Part shown: piece after piece, positions 49,015-58,491 of the stretch | How the letters are laid out: the number at the start of each line of letters is the position of its first letter | How positions within the stretch are numbered: position 1 is the first letter of the stretch | Origin: Dehalococcoidia bacterium | Lineage (GTDB): Bacteria; Chloroflexota; Dehalococcoidia; DSTF01; JACRBR01 | Direction of reading: 5' to 3' | Assembly (NCBI GenBank): GCA_041494685.1 | Contig: JBGQBE010000002.1 | Location: forward strand, 62,001-126,000 | DNA length: 64,000 nucleotides | Program-made: the position numbers and the translations under genes | Notes under the pieces: model-generated | Database searches by the model: none | The model's input: the letters and a program-made list of their open reading frames with translations, nothing else | Told to the model about the DNA's origin: nothing

Positions 49015-50004
49015 ATGCGAAGACTGAGATTGGCGGCCGTCGGCGCCATCGCCGTGGCGCTGCTGGGTGTGTCGGGCGTGGTCGCGAGCGACACGGGCGC
49101 GTACGGCCCGATACACGGCATGGGTCCCAACCGCGGCAGCAGGCCCGGCGCTGGCGGCGGTAGCGTCTCGAACCTGTCGTACCGCGGCGGCTCGGGCGGC
49201 ATCGGTGTCGAGACCACGCCGAACGTGTACGTCGTCTACTGGGGATCCCAGTGGGACAACAACGATCCGTCCGGCGAAGCCGCGTACCTGAATGCCTTCC
49301 TCGGCGGCCTCGCGGGCAGCCAGGATACGTGGAGCACGTCAACGACGCAGTACTGCCAGAACGTGCCGTCCGGCACGGTCGACTGCACCACCGCCCCGGC
49401 GGCGCAGTACGTCACGCACCCGGGTACGTCGCCCGTCGCCGGCATCTGGCTCGACAACGCGAAGCTCGCGCCGTCGCGTCCGAAGCAGAGCCAGCTGGCC
49501 AGCGAGGCAACACGCGCCGCGGCGCACTTCGGCAACACGACGGCGGCATCGAACGCGAGCGTGCAGTACGTGATCGCCACGGCGCACGGCAACAACGCGT
49601 CCGGGTTCGGCACGCAGTACTGCGCCTGGCACAGCTCGGTCAACTCCACCTACGGCAAGCTGGCCTACACCAACCTGCCGTACATCACGGACGCCGGCGC
49701 CTCCTGCGGACAGAACTTCGTCAACGCGAACGGTCTGCTCGACGGCGTGAGCATCGTCGCGGGCCACGAATACGCCGAGACCGTCAGCGACCAGTTCCCG
49801 AGTACCGGCTGGCTCGACGCCAACGGCGCCGAGAACGGCGATAAGTGCGCCTGGATCGCCAGTGGACAGGGCGCGTCCGCGAACGCGACGCTGAGCACGG
49901 GCACCTTCGCGGTGCAATCGCTGTGGAGCAACAACTTCCCGAACAGCAACGGCACAAAGGGCAACTGCGCCATCTCGTACCAGGATGCGCTGAACCAGCA
50001 CTAA
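49015..50004 (+). CDS. Secreted Cys-containing protein, Phi-1/EXORDIUM-like
   Basis: Signal peptide; YCAWHS, GHEYAETVSD, ENGDKCAW. Confidence 0.6.
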   Translation: MRRLRLAAVGAIAVALLGVSGVVASDTGAYGPIHGMGPNRGSRPGAGGGSVSNLSYRGGSGGIGVETTPNVYVVYWGSQWDNNDPSGEAAYLNAFLGGLAGSQDTWSTSTTQYCQNVPSGTVDCTTAPAAQYVTHPGTSPVAGIWLDNAKLAPSRPKQSQLASEATRAAAHFGNTTAASNASVQYVIATAHGNNASGFGTQYCAWHSSVNSTYGKLAYTNLPYITDAGASCGQNFVNANGLLDGVSIVAGHEYAETVSDQFPSTGWLDANGAENGDKCAWIASGQGASANATLSTGTFAVQSLWSNNFPNSNGTKGNCAISYQDALNQH

Positions 50005-50033
50005 GGAGCGACGTGGGACGAGCAGCACCACGC

Positions 50034-50507
50034 ATGAACGGACAGAGGGGACGCCAGTGGCGTCCCCTCTCATTTGCGCTGCTCGCGGCAGCGCTCACGC
50101 TCGCGGGCTGCGGCGGCAGCGCCGGCGCTCCCGCCACGACGCCTCAAGCGTGCTCAGCCCCTCCGGAGGGGATCGGCCCCGACGCCGCCGCGACCCTCCA
50201 GGTGGAAGACGCCAACAGCACCTACTGCCTCAACGCGGGCGACGTGCTGACGGTCTTCTTGCGCGTGCCGCTGGAGCAGGCGGCCGCCGGCTGGCAGCCG
50301 GTACACGCCTCGGACCAGTCGGTGCTGCAGCCGATGAACGCCGGCGTCCTGACGCTGCCGCGCGGCGTCACCGGCGCGGTGTACCGCGCGCAGCCCGGCG
50401 TCGCGCAGCTCACGTCCGTGCGCGCACCGTGCGCCTCGCCGGACGCCGGCTGCGCGACGGATCTCGTCTGGCGCGTCAGCATTGTCGTGCGCGCCAGCCC
50501 GCCTTAA
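50034..50507 (+). CDS. Hypothetical lipoprotein
   Basis: AAGGAG upstream; lipobox LAGC. Confidence 0.65.
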   Translation: MNGQRGRQWRPLSFALLAAALTLAGCGGSAGAPATTPQACSAPPEGIGPDAAATLQVEDANSTYCLNAGDVLTVFLRVPLEQAAAGWQPVHASDQSVLQPMNAGVLTLPRGVTGAVYRAQPGVAQLTSVRAPCASPDAGCATDLVWRVSIVVRASPP

Positions 50508-50555
50508 CGGCTCGTCACCGCCCGCGGATGACGCCGTGCCCTGTGGATAGAGAAT

Positions 50556-50582
50556 GGGGGACGGACATGGTGTCCGTCCCCC
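50556..50582. terminator. Stem-loop between convergent genes
   Basis: gggggacggaca-tgg-tgtccgtccccc, 12-bp perfect stem. Confidence 0.7.
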
Positions 50583-50615
50583 CATTTGATCGTGCGCGCG
50601 CGTACGCCTGGAGCG

Positions 50616-51794
50616 TTAGCCGACGCGGCGGCGCTGCCCGATGCGCGTGCCGCCGAAAGCAAACAGCGCACCACCCGCTGCCAGAAGCGCAGCCACGATG
50701 ACGCCGCCGGCATTGACGCCGCCGGCGCCGGGCCCGCTGCCCGTGTTCGGTGCGCCGATCACGCCCGGCGTCGCCGCGGCGGGAGCCGCGCCGCTGACCG
50801 TGATCGTGCCCTTCATACCCTGGTCAGCGTGCAGCCCGCAGACGTACTCGTACGTACCCGGCTTCGTGAACTTGAGCGAGAACTTCTGCGCCGGCGCGCC
50901 CACCTGCAGGAAGCCCGAGTTCGTGAAGCCGGTGCCGTCGTACGACGACCCGCCTCCGGGCAGGAACAGTTGCGGGTTGAACGCGAGGAACGGCGGGCCG
51001 CCGGCCTGTGGAACGGGACTGATCAACCCCGGCAGCGCCGCGCCGCTCAGAAACGTGACCGTGTGCGGCGTCGCAGTCGAGTTCGTCCACGTCACCGTAT
51101 CGCCCGTCTTGACGCTGACGTTGCCTGGGAAGAAGCCCATGACGTCGGCTTCCTCCGCGGACCCGCCGATGACCGCGTTCCAGCCCGTCGAACCGTCCGC
51201 CATCGCCGTGCTCGCGACCGCGGGGCGCGCCGTCGCCGCGGCCTGTTGCCCCTTGATCATGAGCAGCTGGAGCTGGTTCGCGCCGCGCTGGTCAATCGCC
51301 GCCTGCGTGTCGGCGGCGGATCCGACCGTCACATCCAGGGACATCCCGGCGCCGTGCACGATGCAGACGAAGTGAAACGTACCCACCTGCGGGAAGGTCA
51401 CGTCCGCCGTGGCGTTCTGGAACAGCACGCCGGAGTTCAGGTACTTCGTAGAGTCGAACACGGCCGGCTCGCTCGTGTACGTCGGCATGCCCGCCACGGG
51501 GTTCAGGCCGAACTGCGGCGGGCCGGACGGGCCGACTCCGACCAGGTCGGGCATCGCCATCCCGGCCGGCAAGTAGCTGACCGTGTGGATCTCCGCGTAC
51601 GGGTTCACGAAGTGGATCGTGTCGCCCGAGTGAATCGCGACGTGATCCGGGAAGAAGTCGTTCGCGGCGATCCCGTTGCCGCCGCCCCCAACGTTCACCG
51701 TGAGCTTCTGCGGCGTCGCCGCCCGTGCGCTCGACGCCAAGCCGAACGCCGCCACAACCGCCAGGACCGATAACACCAGGACTGTTCGTTTCAT
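50616..51794 (-). CDS. Secreted tandem-cupredoxin (plastocyanin-like) protein with C-terminal anchor
   Basis: Two type-1 Cu sites (HTV..CIVHGAGM and HTV..CGLHADQGM); APNTG, then TM, then RRR tail. Confidence 0.85.
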   Translation of the reverse strand: MKRTVLVLSVLAVVAAFGLASSARAATPQKLTVNVGGGGNGIAANDFFPDHVAIHSGDTIHFVNPYAEIHTVSYLPAGMAMPDLVGVGPSGPPQFGLNPVAGMPTYTSEPAVFDSTKYLNSGVLFQNATADVTFPQVGTFHFVCIVHGAGMSLDVTVGSAADTQAAIDQRGANQLQLLMIKGQQAAATARPAVASTAMADGSTGWNAVIGGSAEEADVMGFFPGNVSVKTGDTVTWTNSTATPHTVTFLSGAALPGLISPVPQAGGPPFLAFNPQLFLPGGGSSYDGTGFTNSGFLQVGAPAQKFSLKFTKPGTYEYVCGLHADQGMKGTITVSGAAPAAATPGVIGAPNTGSGPGAGGVNAGGVIVAALLAAGGALFAFGGTRIGQRRRVG

Positions 51795-51854
51795 GCACCC
51801 TCCAACAAAGAACGTCTTCATGAGAGGGTGGCTCGCGAGCCTCCCTGCTCAAGT

Positions 51855-52691
51855 TCAGATGAGTCTACGCCAGATTGGCGCTCTGGAATAGAGGGGATCG
51901 CGAAAAAATAGGGGTTCCTCAACTGCCAAGGGGCGGTCTGCCAGCCCGTTGAAGCCCTCCCTCCCCCAGCCGACACGCTCGGGGCCCATACGCTCGCACA
52001 GCGCCGCGTGGAGACGCCGAGCCCCTGCGACGTCGCGCCAGTCGCCCCATCCCAACTCGACATAGCGTCGGGGTAACGGCCGCCGGCGCGTGCGCCCGCC
52101 GGCGGCGCCGTCGCCCAGGAACGTATCGACCACCACGCGATCGGCCGCCCCGACGAGCAGGTCCGCGAAGCGCTCCGTATCGTGCGGGAGCGCCGGACTC
52201 ACCGCCGCCTGCACCTTGATGCCGCGCTCACGGGCGCGGCGCATCACCGCAAGCCGCCGATCGATGCCCGGACAGATCGGCGTCAGCGCGCGCCGCACGC
52301 GGTCGTCGTCCGTCTCCACGGTCATCGAGAGCCCGGCGAACGGCATCTCCGCCAGCAGGTCGAAGTCTCGTTCGACGATCGGCGACCGCGTCTGCACGAC
52401 AAGCAGGCCGATCGGCTGCTCGCGAAGGATCTCGACGACCGAGCGCGTGACGCGCAGCAGCGCCTCGGCCGCGTTCGTCTTCGCGTTCACCCACGTCCCC
52501 CACGGCTGCCCGGCGTAGATGCCGATCGGCGACTCCGCCACGTAGCAATACACGCCGCAGCCGCCGTCGCCGAACGCGCAGCCCATGTACGGGTTGAGCG
52601 TATGCGTGAAGGCGTGCAGGTAGCCGCTGGCCGTGGTCAAGATGCTCCGGCAACGGACGGGTCGCACGGTGTCGAGCTTGAGCGCACACAT
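51855..52691 (-). CDS. Spore photoproduct lyase-like radical SAM protein, possibly internally deleted
   Basis: LNPYMGCAFGDGGCGVYCYV, VQTRSPIVERD, MTVETDD, AVSPALP. Confidence 0.75.
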   Translation of the reverse strand: MCALKLDTVRPVRCRSILTTASGYLHAFTHTLNPYMGCAFGDGGCGVYCYVAESPIGIYAGQPWGTWVNAKTNAAEALLRVTRSVVEILREQPIGLLVVQTRSPIVERDFDLLAEMPFAGLSMTVETDDDRVRRALTPICPGIDRRLAVMRRARERGIKVQAAVSPALPHDTERFADLLVGAADRVVVDTFLGDGAAGGRTRRRPLPRRYVELGWGDWRDVAGARRLHAALCERMGPERVGWGREGFNGLADRPLAVEEPLFFRDPLYSRAPIWRRLI

Positions 52692-52705
52692 CAGGTCTCG
52701 ATCCG

Positions 52706-52720
52706 TAGCACAGATGTTCG
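52706..52720 (-). promoter_or_regulatory. Putative LexA (SOS)-like box
   Basis: Minus strand CGAACATCTGTGCTA, one mismatch from GAAC-N4-GTTC. Confidence 0.55.
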
Positions 52721-52837
52721 CTGCTGGTCAAGCCTCAGGGCGCGGAATCATCCGTAGTAACTACTTCGAAACGGGTTCCCGGCCGAACCGGCGCTATGTT
52801 GGATAACGAGACAGCAGAGTGAACGCGAGGATCAATC

Positions 52838-55030
52838 GTGGCAGATATCGCTCTTGACTATGACGAGTTGCTGGACAGCGGTGGCACGCCCTGGAAGCGC
52901 CGCGCGATCCTTGGCGGTGCGGCGCTCATCATCGCTGCCACCGGCACCTACTTCGCATGGGATCAGTGGATGCGCGGCGGCTCCGCCGTCGCCGCACCTG
53001 TGTTCACCGAAGCCACCGTCGCGAAGGGCAACGTCACCAAGACCATCAGCACGAGCGGCGCGGTTTCCGCCGCCAAGACCTCGAACCTCAACTTCTCCTC
53101 GTCCGGCAAGGTCACGAAGGTGGATGTCGCGCTTGGCCAGACGGTCAAGCAGGGCGACGTGCTGGGGGAGATCGACCCCGCCGACGCGCAGAATTCGCTG
53201 AAGACGGCGCAGGCAAGCCTCGCCAGCGCGCAGGCGCGTCTCGAGCAGTTGCTGCAGGGGAGCACGGCGGCCCAGCTCGCCTCGGCCGACCAGAGTATCG
53301 TGCAGGCGCAGGGCAACTACGACAAAGCCGTGCAAGCGATGACGGACCTGCAGACACCGCCCGTGGCGTCAGATGTCGCGGTCGCGCAGCAAGCGGTGAC
53401 CGCGGCCCAGGCGCAACTGCAGGCCGCGCAGGACGCGCGCACCAAACTCGACAGCGACGCGCGGGCGGCGGCTCAGACGGCCCAGACCAACGTCCAGAAG
53501 GCCCAGTCAGACATATCGGCCGCGCAGCAGGCCCTCACCAACGCGCAGGAAAACGAGCAGATCGCGCAGGCGACGTTGATGAACGCCGAGACGGCGTACT
53601 GCCTGGATCCGGATCCAGGCACGCCGGCCGCCTTCTGCACCGTGCAGGCGGCGCCGATCAGCAGCTCGGACGCCAATGCCATGGTGACGGTGAGCGGAGG
53701 AGCCGACGCGACACGGGCTCAGAATGCGAAGGCGGTGCTGACGGCGGATAGCGGATATCGCGGTGCGGTGACGGCGTATCAGACCGCATCGAACGGAGTG
53801 ACCAGCGCGCAGAACGAACTGACCGGCGCAAACACGGCGCTGGCGACGGCGCAGTCGCAGCCGACCGCGGCGCAGATCGCGACCGCGGAGGCGGCGATCA
53901 GCGGGGCGCAGTCGCAACTCGGCAGCGCCAACTACAAGCTGTCGACGCTGATCGCAGGCCCCACGCAGGCGCAACTCGCGAGCGCCCAGTCCGCGATCGA
54001 CCAGGCGGCGGCGTCGCTGAAGTCGGCGAAGGCGAGCCGCGACCAAACGTACGCGGGCTCGACGCCGGCGGATATCCAGACACAGCGCAGCGCCGTGCAG
54101 TCCGCGCAGATCAACGTGCAGAACGCGCAGAAGGCGCTGGACGACACGCAGCTCACGGCGCCGTTCGACGGGACCGTTGCCGCGCTGAACATCCAGGTGG
54201 GCGACACCGCGGGCGCCACCAGCGGCGCGTCCAGCAGCACCGCCGCGATCGTCCTGAACACGCCCGATCTTGTCGTGCTGAACCTCACCATCGCGGAGAC
54301 CGACTACCCGAGCGTCAAGGCCGGCGACGGCGGCTACGCGGTGTTCTCCGCCATCCCGAACGGCATCTCGCCGTTCGTCATCGACTCCATCGGCGTGAAC
54401 CCCACGACGACCCAGGGCGTCGTCACGTACCAGGCGAAGGCCCACCTCGTGACCGGCCAGCAGGCCATAGCGATCTTGCAGGCGATCCGCCCGGCCGGCA
54501 CGGGCGGCGGCCGCTCCGGTGCCGCGGCCAGCGGCACGCCCGGTGCAGCGACAACGCCCGGCGCCGGCGGGACGCCGCAGGCCGGTCGCACACCACAAGC
54601 TGGCCGCACGCCCGGCGCCGGTCGGCAGGGCGGGGGCGGCGCAGGCTTCGGTAACGGCAACGGCCAGTTTGCTGCTGGTGCGGCGGCTGCAAAGCCCGCG
54701 CCCGGCATGAACGCCACGGTCACGATCATCGTCGATCAGAGGACGGGCGTCGTGATGGTCGCGGACAAGGCCGTCCAGACGAAGAACCGCACCAGCTACG
54801 TCACGGTGAAGAACGCCGACGGCACGACGCAGGACGTGACGGTCACGACCGGCCTGAGCGACAGCACGAACACGGAGATCGTTTCCGGCCTGACCGACGG
54901 CCAGACCATCCTGATCCCCGGTAAGGCCACGACGACCACGACCGCAGCCCTGCCCGCGACCGGCGGATTCGGCGGCGGTGGCGGATTCGGCGGTGGTGGC
55001 GGTGGCGGCGGCCGCGCTGCGGGCGACTAG
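52838..55030 (+). CDS. Membrane-fusion/adaptor protein (MacA/HlyD-like) with very long coiled coil
   Basis: N-terminal TM, GQTVKQGDVL, LTAPFDGTV, PGMNA. Confidence 0.88.
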   Translation: MADIALDYDELLDSGGTPWKRRAILGGAALIIAATGTYFAWDQWMRGGSAVAAPVFTEATVAKGNVTKTISTSGAVSAAKTSNLNFSSSGKVTKVDVALGQTVKQGDVLGEIDPADAQNSLKTAQASLASAQARLEQLLQGSTAAQLASADQSIVQAQGNYDKAVQAMTDLQTPPVASDVAVAQQAVTAAQAQLQAAQDARTKLDSDARAAAQTAQTNVQKAQSDISAAQQALTNAQENEQIAQATLMNAETAYCLDPDPGTPAAFCTVQAAPISSSDANAMVTVSGGADATRAQNAKAVLTADSGYRGAVTAYQTASNGVTSAQNELTGANTALATAQSQPTAAQIATAEAAISGAQSQLGSANYKLSTLIAGPTQAQLASAQSAIDQAAASLKSAKASRDQTYAGSTPADIQTQRSAVQSAQINVQNAQKALDDTQLTAPFDGTVAALNIQVGDTAGATSGASSSTAAIVLNTPDLVVLNLTIAETDYPSVKAGDGGYAVFSAIPNGISPFVIDSIGVNPTTTQGVVTYQAKAHLVTGQQAIAILQAIRPAGTGGGRSGAAASGTPGAATTPGAGGTPQAGRTPQAGRTPGAGRQGGGGAGFGNGNGQFAAGAAAAKPAPGMNATVTIIVDQRTGVVMVADKAVQTKNRTSYVTVKNADGTTQDVTVTTGLSDSTNTEIVSGLTDGQTILIPGKATTTTTAALPATGGFGGGGGFGGGGGGGGRAAGD

Positions 55031-55103
55031 AGCGCGGGCGCCGGACGGCGCCCTACTGACAGCCACCGGAGACACCGGGCCCTGTGCCCGTCGAGGAAAT
55101 ACA

Positions 55104-55862
55104 GTGATCGAGCTCAAGGGAATCACGAAGGTGTACCAGGCGGGCGATGTGCCGGTCGTCGCGCTGGACAACGTCGACCTCGACATCGACAGGGGTGAAC
55201 TCATCTCGATCATCGGCGCGTCCGGGTCCGGCAAATCGACGATGATGAACATCGTCGGCTGCCTGGACCGGCCGAGCCGCGGCACCTATCTGCTCGAGAA
55301 GCGCAACGTCGGACAGATGGACGACAAGCAGCTCGCGCGGCTGCGCGCTCGACGCATCGGCTTCGTCTTCCAGTCGTTCAACCTGCTGCGCCGCAAGACG
55401 GCGCTTCAGCAGGTCGAACTGCCACTCATCTACCTGGGCGTGCCTGCCGCCACCCGCCGCCGGCTCGCGTTGAGAGCGCTCGCCGACGTCGGCCTCGCGG
55501 ACCGCTTTCACCATAAGCCGAACCAGCTCTCCGGCGGGCAGCAGCAGCGAGTCGCCATCGCGCGCGCGCTCGTCACCAACCCGGCGCTCATCCTCGCCGA
55601 CGAGCCCACCGGCGCCCTCGACACGAAGACAACCGCGGCCGTTATGGACACGCTGGTCCGGCTGAACCAGGAGAAGGGCATCACGATCATCCTGGTCACT
55701 CACGAACTCGAAGTGGCGGCCTACACGAACCGCGTGATCACGCTGCGCGACGGCCGCATCGTGTCAGACGCCGCGCCGGACCGGACGAACGTCATCGCCT
55801 TCCCGACGGCATCGGCCGCGCCGGCGGAGAGCACGCTCGAACAGCGCGGAGCGGACGCATGA
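55104..55862 (+). CDS. ABC ATPase (MacB/LolD-like)
   Basis: [32 protein letters not shown]. Confidence 0.95.
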   Translation: MIELKGITKVYQAGDVPVVALDNVDLDIDRGELISIIGASGSGKSTMMNIVGCLDRPSRGTYLLEKRNVGQMDDKQLARLRARRIGFVFQSFNLLRRKTALQQVELPLIYLGVPAATRRRLALRALADVGLADRFHHKPNQLSGGQQQRVAIARALVTNPALILADEPTGALDTKTTAAVMDTLVRLNQEKGITIILVTHELEVAAYTNRVITLRDGRIVSDAAPDRTNVIAFPTASAAPAESTLEQRGADA

Positions 55863-57139
55863 TTCTCTGGGACACGCTGGTCATGGCGATGGCCGAGTTC
55901 ACGACCAACAAGCTGCGCACCGCGCTGACCATGCTGGGCATCGTCATCGGCGTCTGCGCGGTGATCGCGCTGATGGCGGCGGGCCAGGGCGCGCAGGCCG
56001 GCGTCACGTCGCAGGTGAAAGGGCTCGGCTCGAACCTGTTGTTCGTTACATCCACTTCGTCCTCATCGTCGGGAACCGGCGGCGTGCGCAACCAGCAGAG
56101 CCTCACGCTAACCACACAAGACGAGGCCGCCATCAACGATCCGTCGCAGATGCCCGCCGTGGAAGCCGCCGTCGCGCAGTTCGGCGGATCGACCGGGAAC
56201 ACGACCACGACCGCCATGACCGAGCAACTGATCGGAAACGGCCGCAACACCACCGCGACACTGGCCGCGTCTGAACCGGCGTATCAGCAGATCCGGAACG
56301 TCACGCTGGCGGCAGGCGACTTCTTCACCGAGGACGACATGACACGCAAGACGCTGAGCGTCGTCCTCGGCGCGCAGGTGGCGCAGGACCTGTTCGACAC
56401 GCCCGACGCCGCGATCGGACAGGCCGTGCGCGTCAGCTTCGGGCCGTTCCAGCTCAACCTCACCGTCGTGGGCGTCGCCGCGCGGCGCGGCGGCAGCAGC
56501 GGTGACGACACCAGCGCGATCATGCCGCTGACGACGTTCCAGGCGAAGGTGCCCTTCGGCCGCAACGCGACCGGCCGCTCCAACGTCCAGGCGATCGTCG
56601 TGAAGGTGAAGGACGGCCAGGACATGACCAAGGCGAAGGCCGACCTCACTACGTTGCTCGCGGCGCGCCACGGCACGCAGGACTTCCAGGTCAACTCGCA
56701 GGACGACCTGCTCTCCACGTCGAAGAAAGTGACCCGCACGCTGACGATCCTGCTCGGCGCGATCGCCGGCATCTCACTCGTCGTCGGCGGCATCGGCATC
56801 ATGAACATCATGCTGGTCTCTGTGACCGAGCGCACACGCGAGATCGGCATCCGCAAGGCCGTCGGTGCCAACCGCGAAAACATCCTGCTGCAGTTCGTCT
56901 GCGAGGCCGTGATCGTCACGCTGGCGGGCGGCATCGTCGGCGTCGTGCTGGGCGTCGGCGCGGCGCGGCTGGCGAACGGCCAGGACTTCGGCACCGGCAC
57001 CACGGTCAACACCGTCGTCTCGCTGTCGAGCGTCGTCGTCGCCTTCGCCGTCTCCGTGATCATCGGCCTCTTCTTCGGCATCTACCCCGCGTGGCGCGCC
57101 TCCCAGCTCGACCCGATCGAGGCCCTCCGCTCCGACTGA
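55859..57139 (+). CDS. MacB/FtsX-like ABC permease
   Basis: RTALTMLGIVIGV, GIGIMNIMLVSVTERTREIGIRKA, LDPIEALR. Confidence 0.95.
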   Translation: MILWDTLVMAMAEFTTNKLRTALTMLGIVIGVCAVIALMAAGQGAQAGVTSQVKGLGSNLLFVTSTSSSSSGTGGVRNQQSLTLTTQDEAAINDPSQMPAVEAAVAQFGGSTGNTTTTAMTEQLIGNGRNTTATLAASEPAYQQIRNVTLAAGDFFTEDDMTRKTLSVVLGAQVAQDLFDTPDAAIGQAVRVSFGPFQLNLTVVGVAARRGGSSGDDTSAIMPLTTFQAKVPFGRNATGRSNVQAIVVKVKDGQDMTKAKADLTTLLAARHGTQDFQVNSQDDLLSTSKKVTRTLTILLGAIAGISLVVGGIGIMNIMLVSVTERTREIGIRKAVGANRENILLQFVCEAVIVTLAGGIVGVVLGVGAARLANGQDFGTGTTVNTVVSLSSVVVAFAVSVIIGLFFGIYPAWRASQLDPIEALRSD

Positions 57140-57205
57140 CGCGCGCGACGCCAGCGATAACAGCCAACAGACGACCGACAGCGGAGGGGTGACAGCGCGC
57201 AGCGT

Positions 57206-57254
57206 TCTGTTGTCTGTTGTCTGTTGTCTGTTGTCTGTTGTCTGTTGTCTGTTG
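57206..57254. repeat. (TCTGTTG)7 perfect tandem repeat with degenerate inverted arm at ~57152-57185
   Basis: Seven exact copies counted. Confidence 0.97.
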
Positions 57255-57267
57255 TACGCTCGCCCGC

Positions 57268-57759
57268 ATGGCGAAGACCGACAAGACCCACGCCATGCGC
57301 GTGCTCGAGGCGAAAGGCATCGCGTACCGCGCCACGGCGTACGACACGTCCGGCGCCTTCCACTCGGGCGAAGAGGCGGCGGCGCTCGTCGGCGCGGATG
57401 CGGACGCGGTGTACAAGACGCTGGTGGTGCTGCGCGACGGCCAGCCGCGCGCGAAGCCGCTGCTGGTGATGGTGCCCGCGCCCGCACAGCTCGACCTGAA
57501 GCTGCTGGCCCAGGCGACGGGCGACAAGAAGCTGCGGATGGCGACGCAGCGCGAGGCGGAGCAGTTGACCGGCATGCTGGCGGGCGGCATCTCGGCGCTG
57601 GGACTGCGCAAGCCCGGCTTCGAGATCCTGATCGACGATCGCGCGCAAACGCTGCCCGAGATCCACATCAGCGCCGGCGTGCGCGGCGTCGAGGTGGCGC
57701 TGTCCGTGGCGGACCTGGCGGCCGTGACCGGGATGCGCTTCGTGCGCGCGGCGGCGTAG
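57268..57759 (+). CDS. YbaK/EbsC-family aminoacyl-tRNA deacylase
   Basis: VYKTLV, LDLK, GGISALG, ISAGVRG. Confidence 0.9.
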   Translation: MAKTDKTHAMRVLEAKGIAYRATAYDTSGAFHSGEEAAALVGADADAVYKTLVVLRDGQPRAKPLLVMVPAPAQLDLKLLAQATGDKKLRMATQREAEQLTGMLAGGISALGLRKPGFEILIDDRAQTLPEIHISAGVRGVEVALSVADLAAVTGMRFVRAAA

Positions 57760-57826
57760 GCGCGGCGCGGCGCGCAACAGGCAACAGAGGGTGGACGGCG
57801 AACCGCTAACAGAGGAGTCCGGACTT

Positions 57827-58285
57827 ATGGATCCGATCCAGTTGAGCAAGGCGCGTTGCCGCGCACTCGTCGTCTCGTGTTCCGACTTTCGGTTCATCTC
57901 GGCGCAGCGTCAGATTCGGCTCGACCTGGGGCTCGAGAACGCCTACGACCTGCTGGCGCGGCCGGGTGGCGTCTTCTCGCTCGTCCGTTCGACGAGCAAG
58001 ATCGCCCGCCGGTCGATGCTGGAAGAGATTCATCTGCTGCGCTCGCTGCATCACTTCCAGAGCATCCTGCTGATGAACCACGTAACCTGCGGCGCCTACT
58101 GGAACCTTGCCCGTGGCAAACGCGAGATACAGATGCACCACGAGGACCTCTTGCGCGCGAAGGCCATGCTGGAGGAGCTCTACCGGGGCGTGCGCGTCAC
58201 CGCCTACCTTTCCACCATCGTCGACGACAGCGTGAAGGTCGTGCCCGTGGAAGCTGTGTCCACCGATCGACCCGGGCGCGGCTAG
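57827..58285 (+). CDS. Beta-class carbonic anhydrase-like protein
   Basis: CSDFR (CxDxR) and HVTCG (HxxC) zinc ligands; start may instead be GTG 57791. Confidence 0.75.
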   Translation: MDPIQLSKARCRALVVSCSDFRFISAQRQIRLDLGLENAYDLLARPGGVFSLVRSTSKIARRSMLEEIHLLRSLHHFQSILLMNHVTCGAYWNLARGKREIQMHHEDLLRAKAMLEELYRGVRVTAYLSTIVDDSVKVVPVEAVSTDRPGRG

Positions 58286-58428
58286 TCCGCCGCGGCGTTG
58301 ATGCGCGGGTTCAGCCGCTCGATGCGGTCGATCGCGTGCCGCACAAGCTCGACGGGCGAGACTTCGCGCGCGCGCACCAGCGCCGCCTGCGCCGTCGCGT
58401 CGAGCCGCCAGAGGTCGTCGTGCGCCAT
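58282..58428 (-). pseudogene. Truncated amidase N-terminus (48 aa)
   Basis: MAHDDLWRLDATAQAALVRAREVSPVELVRHAIDRIERLNPRINA is a typical amidase-signature-family start and stops immediately afterwards. Confidence 0.8.
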
Positions 58429-58491
58429 GCGGCGAGCGTACTACGCGCCGCCGCATGACTGAGTGGTGCGGATGGACTATCTTCGCTGCGC

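Noticed and set aside
57189..57267. ORFs encoding LLSVVCC or QQTTDNR repeats
   Set aside because: Translations of the non-coding heptamer array
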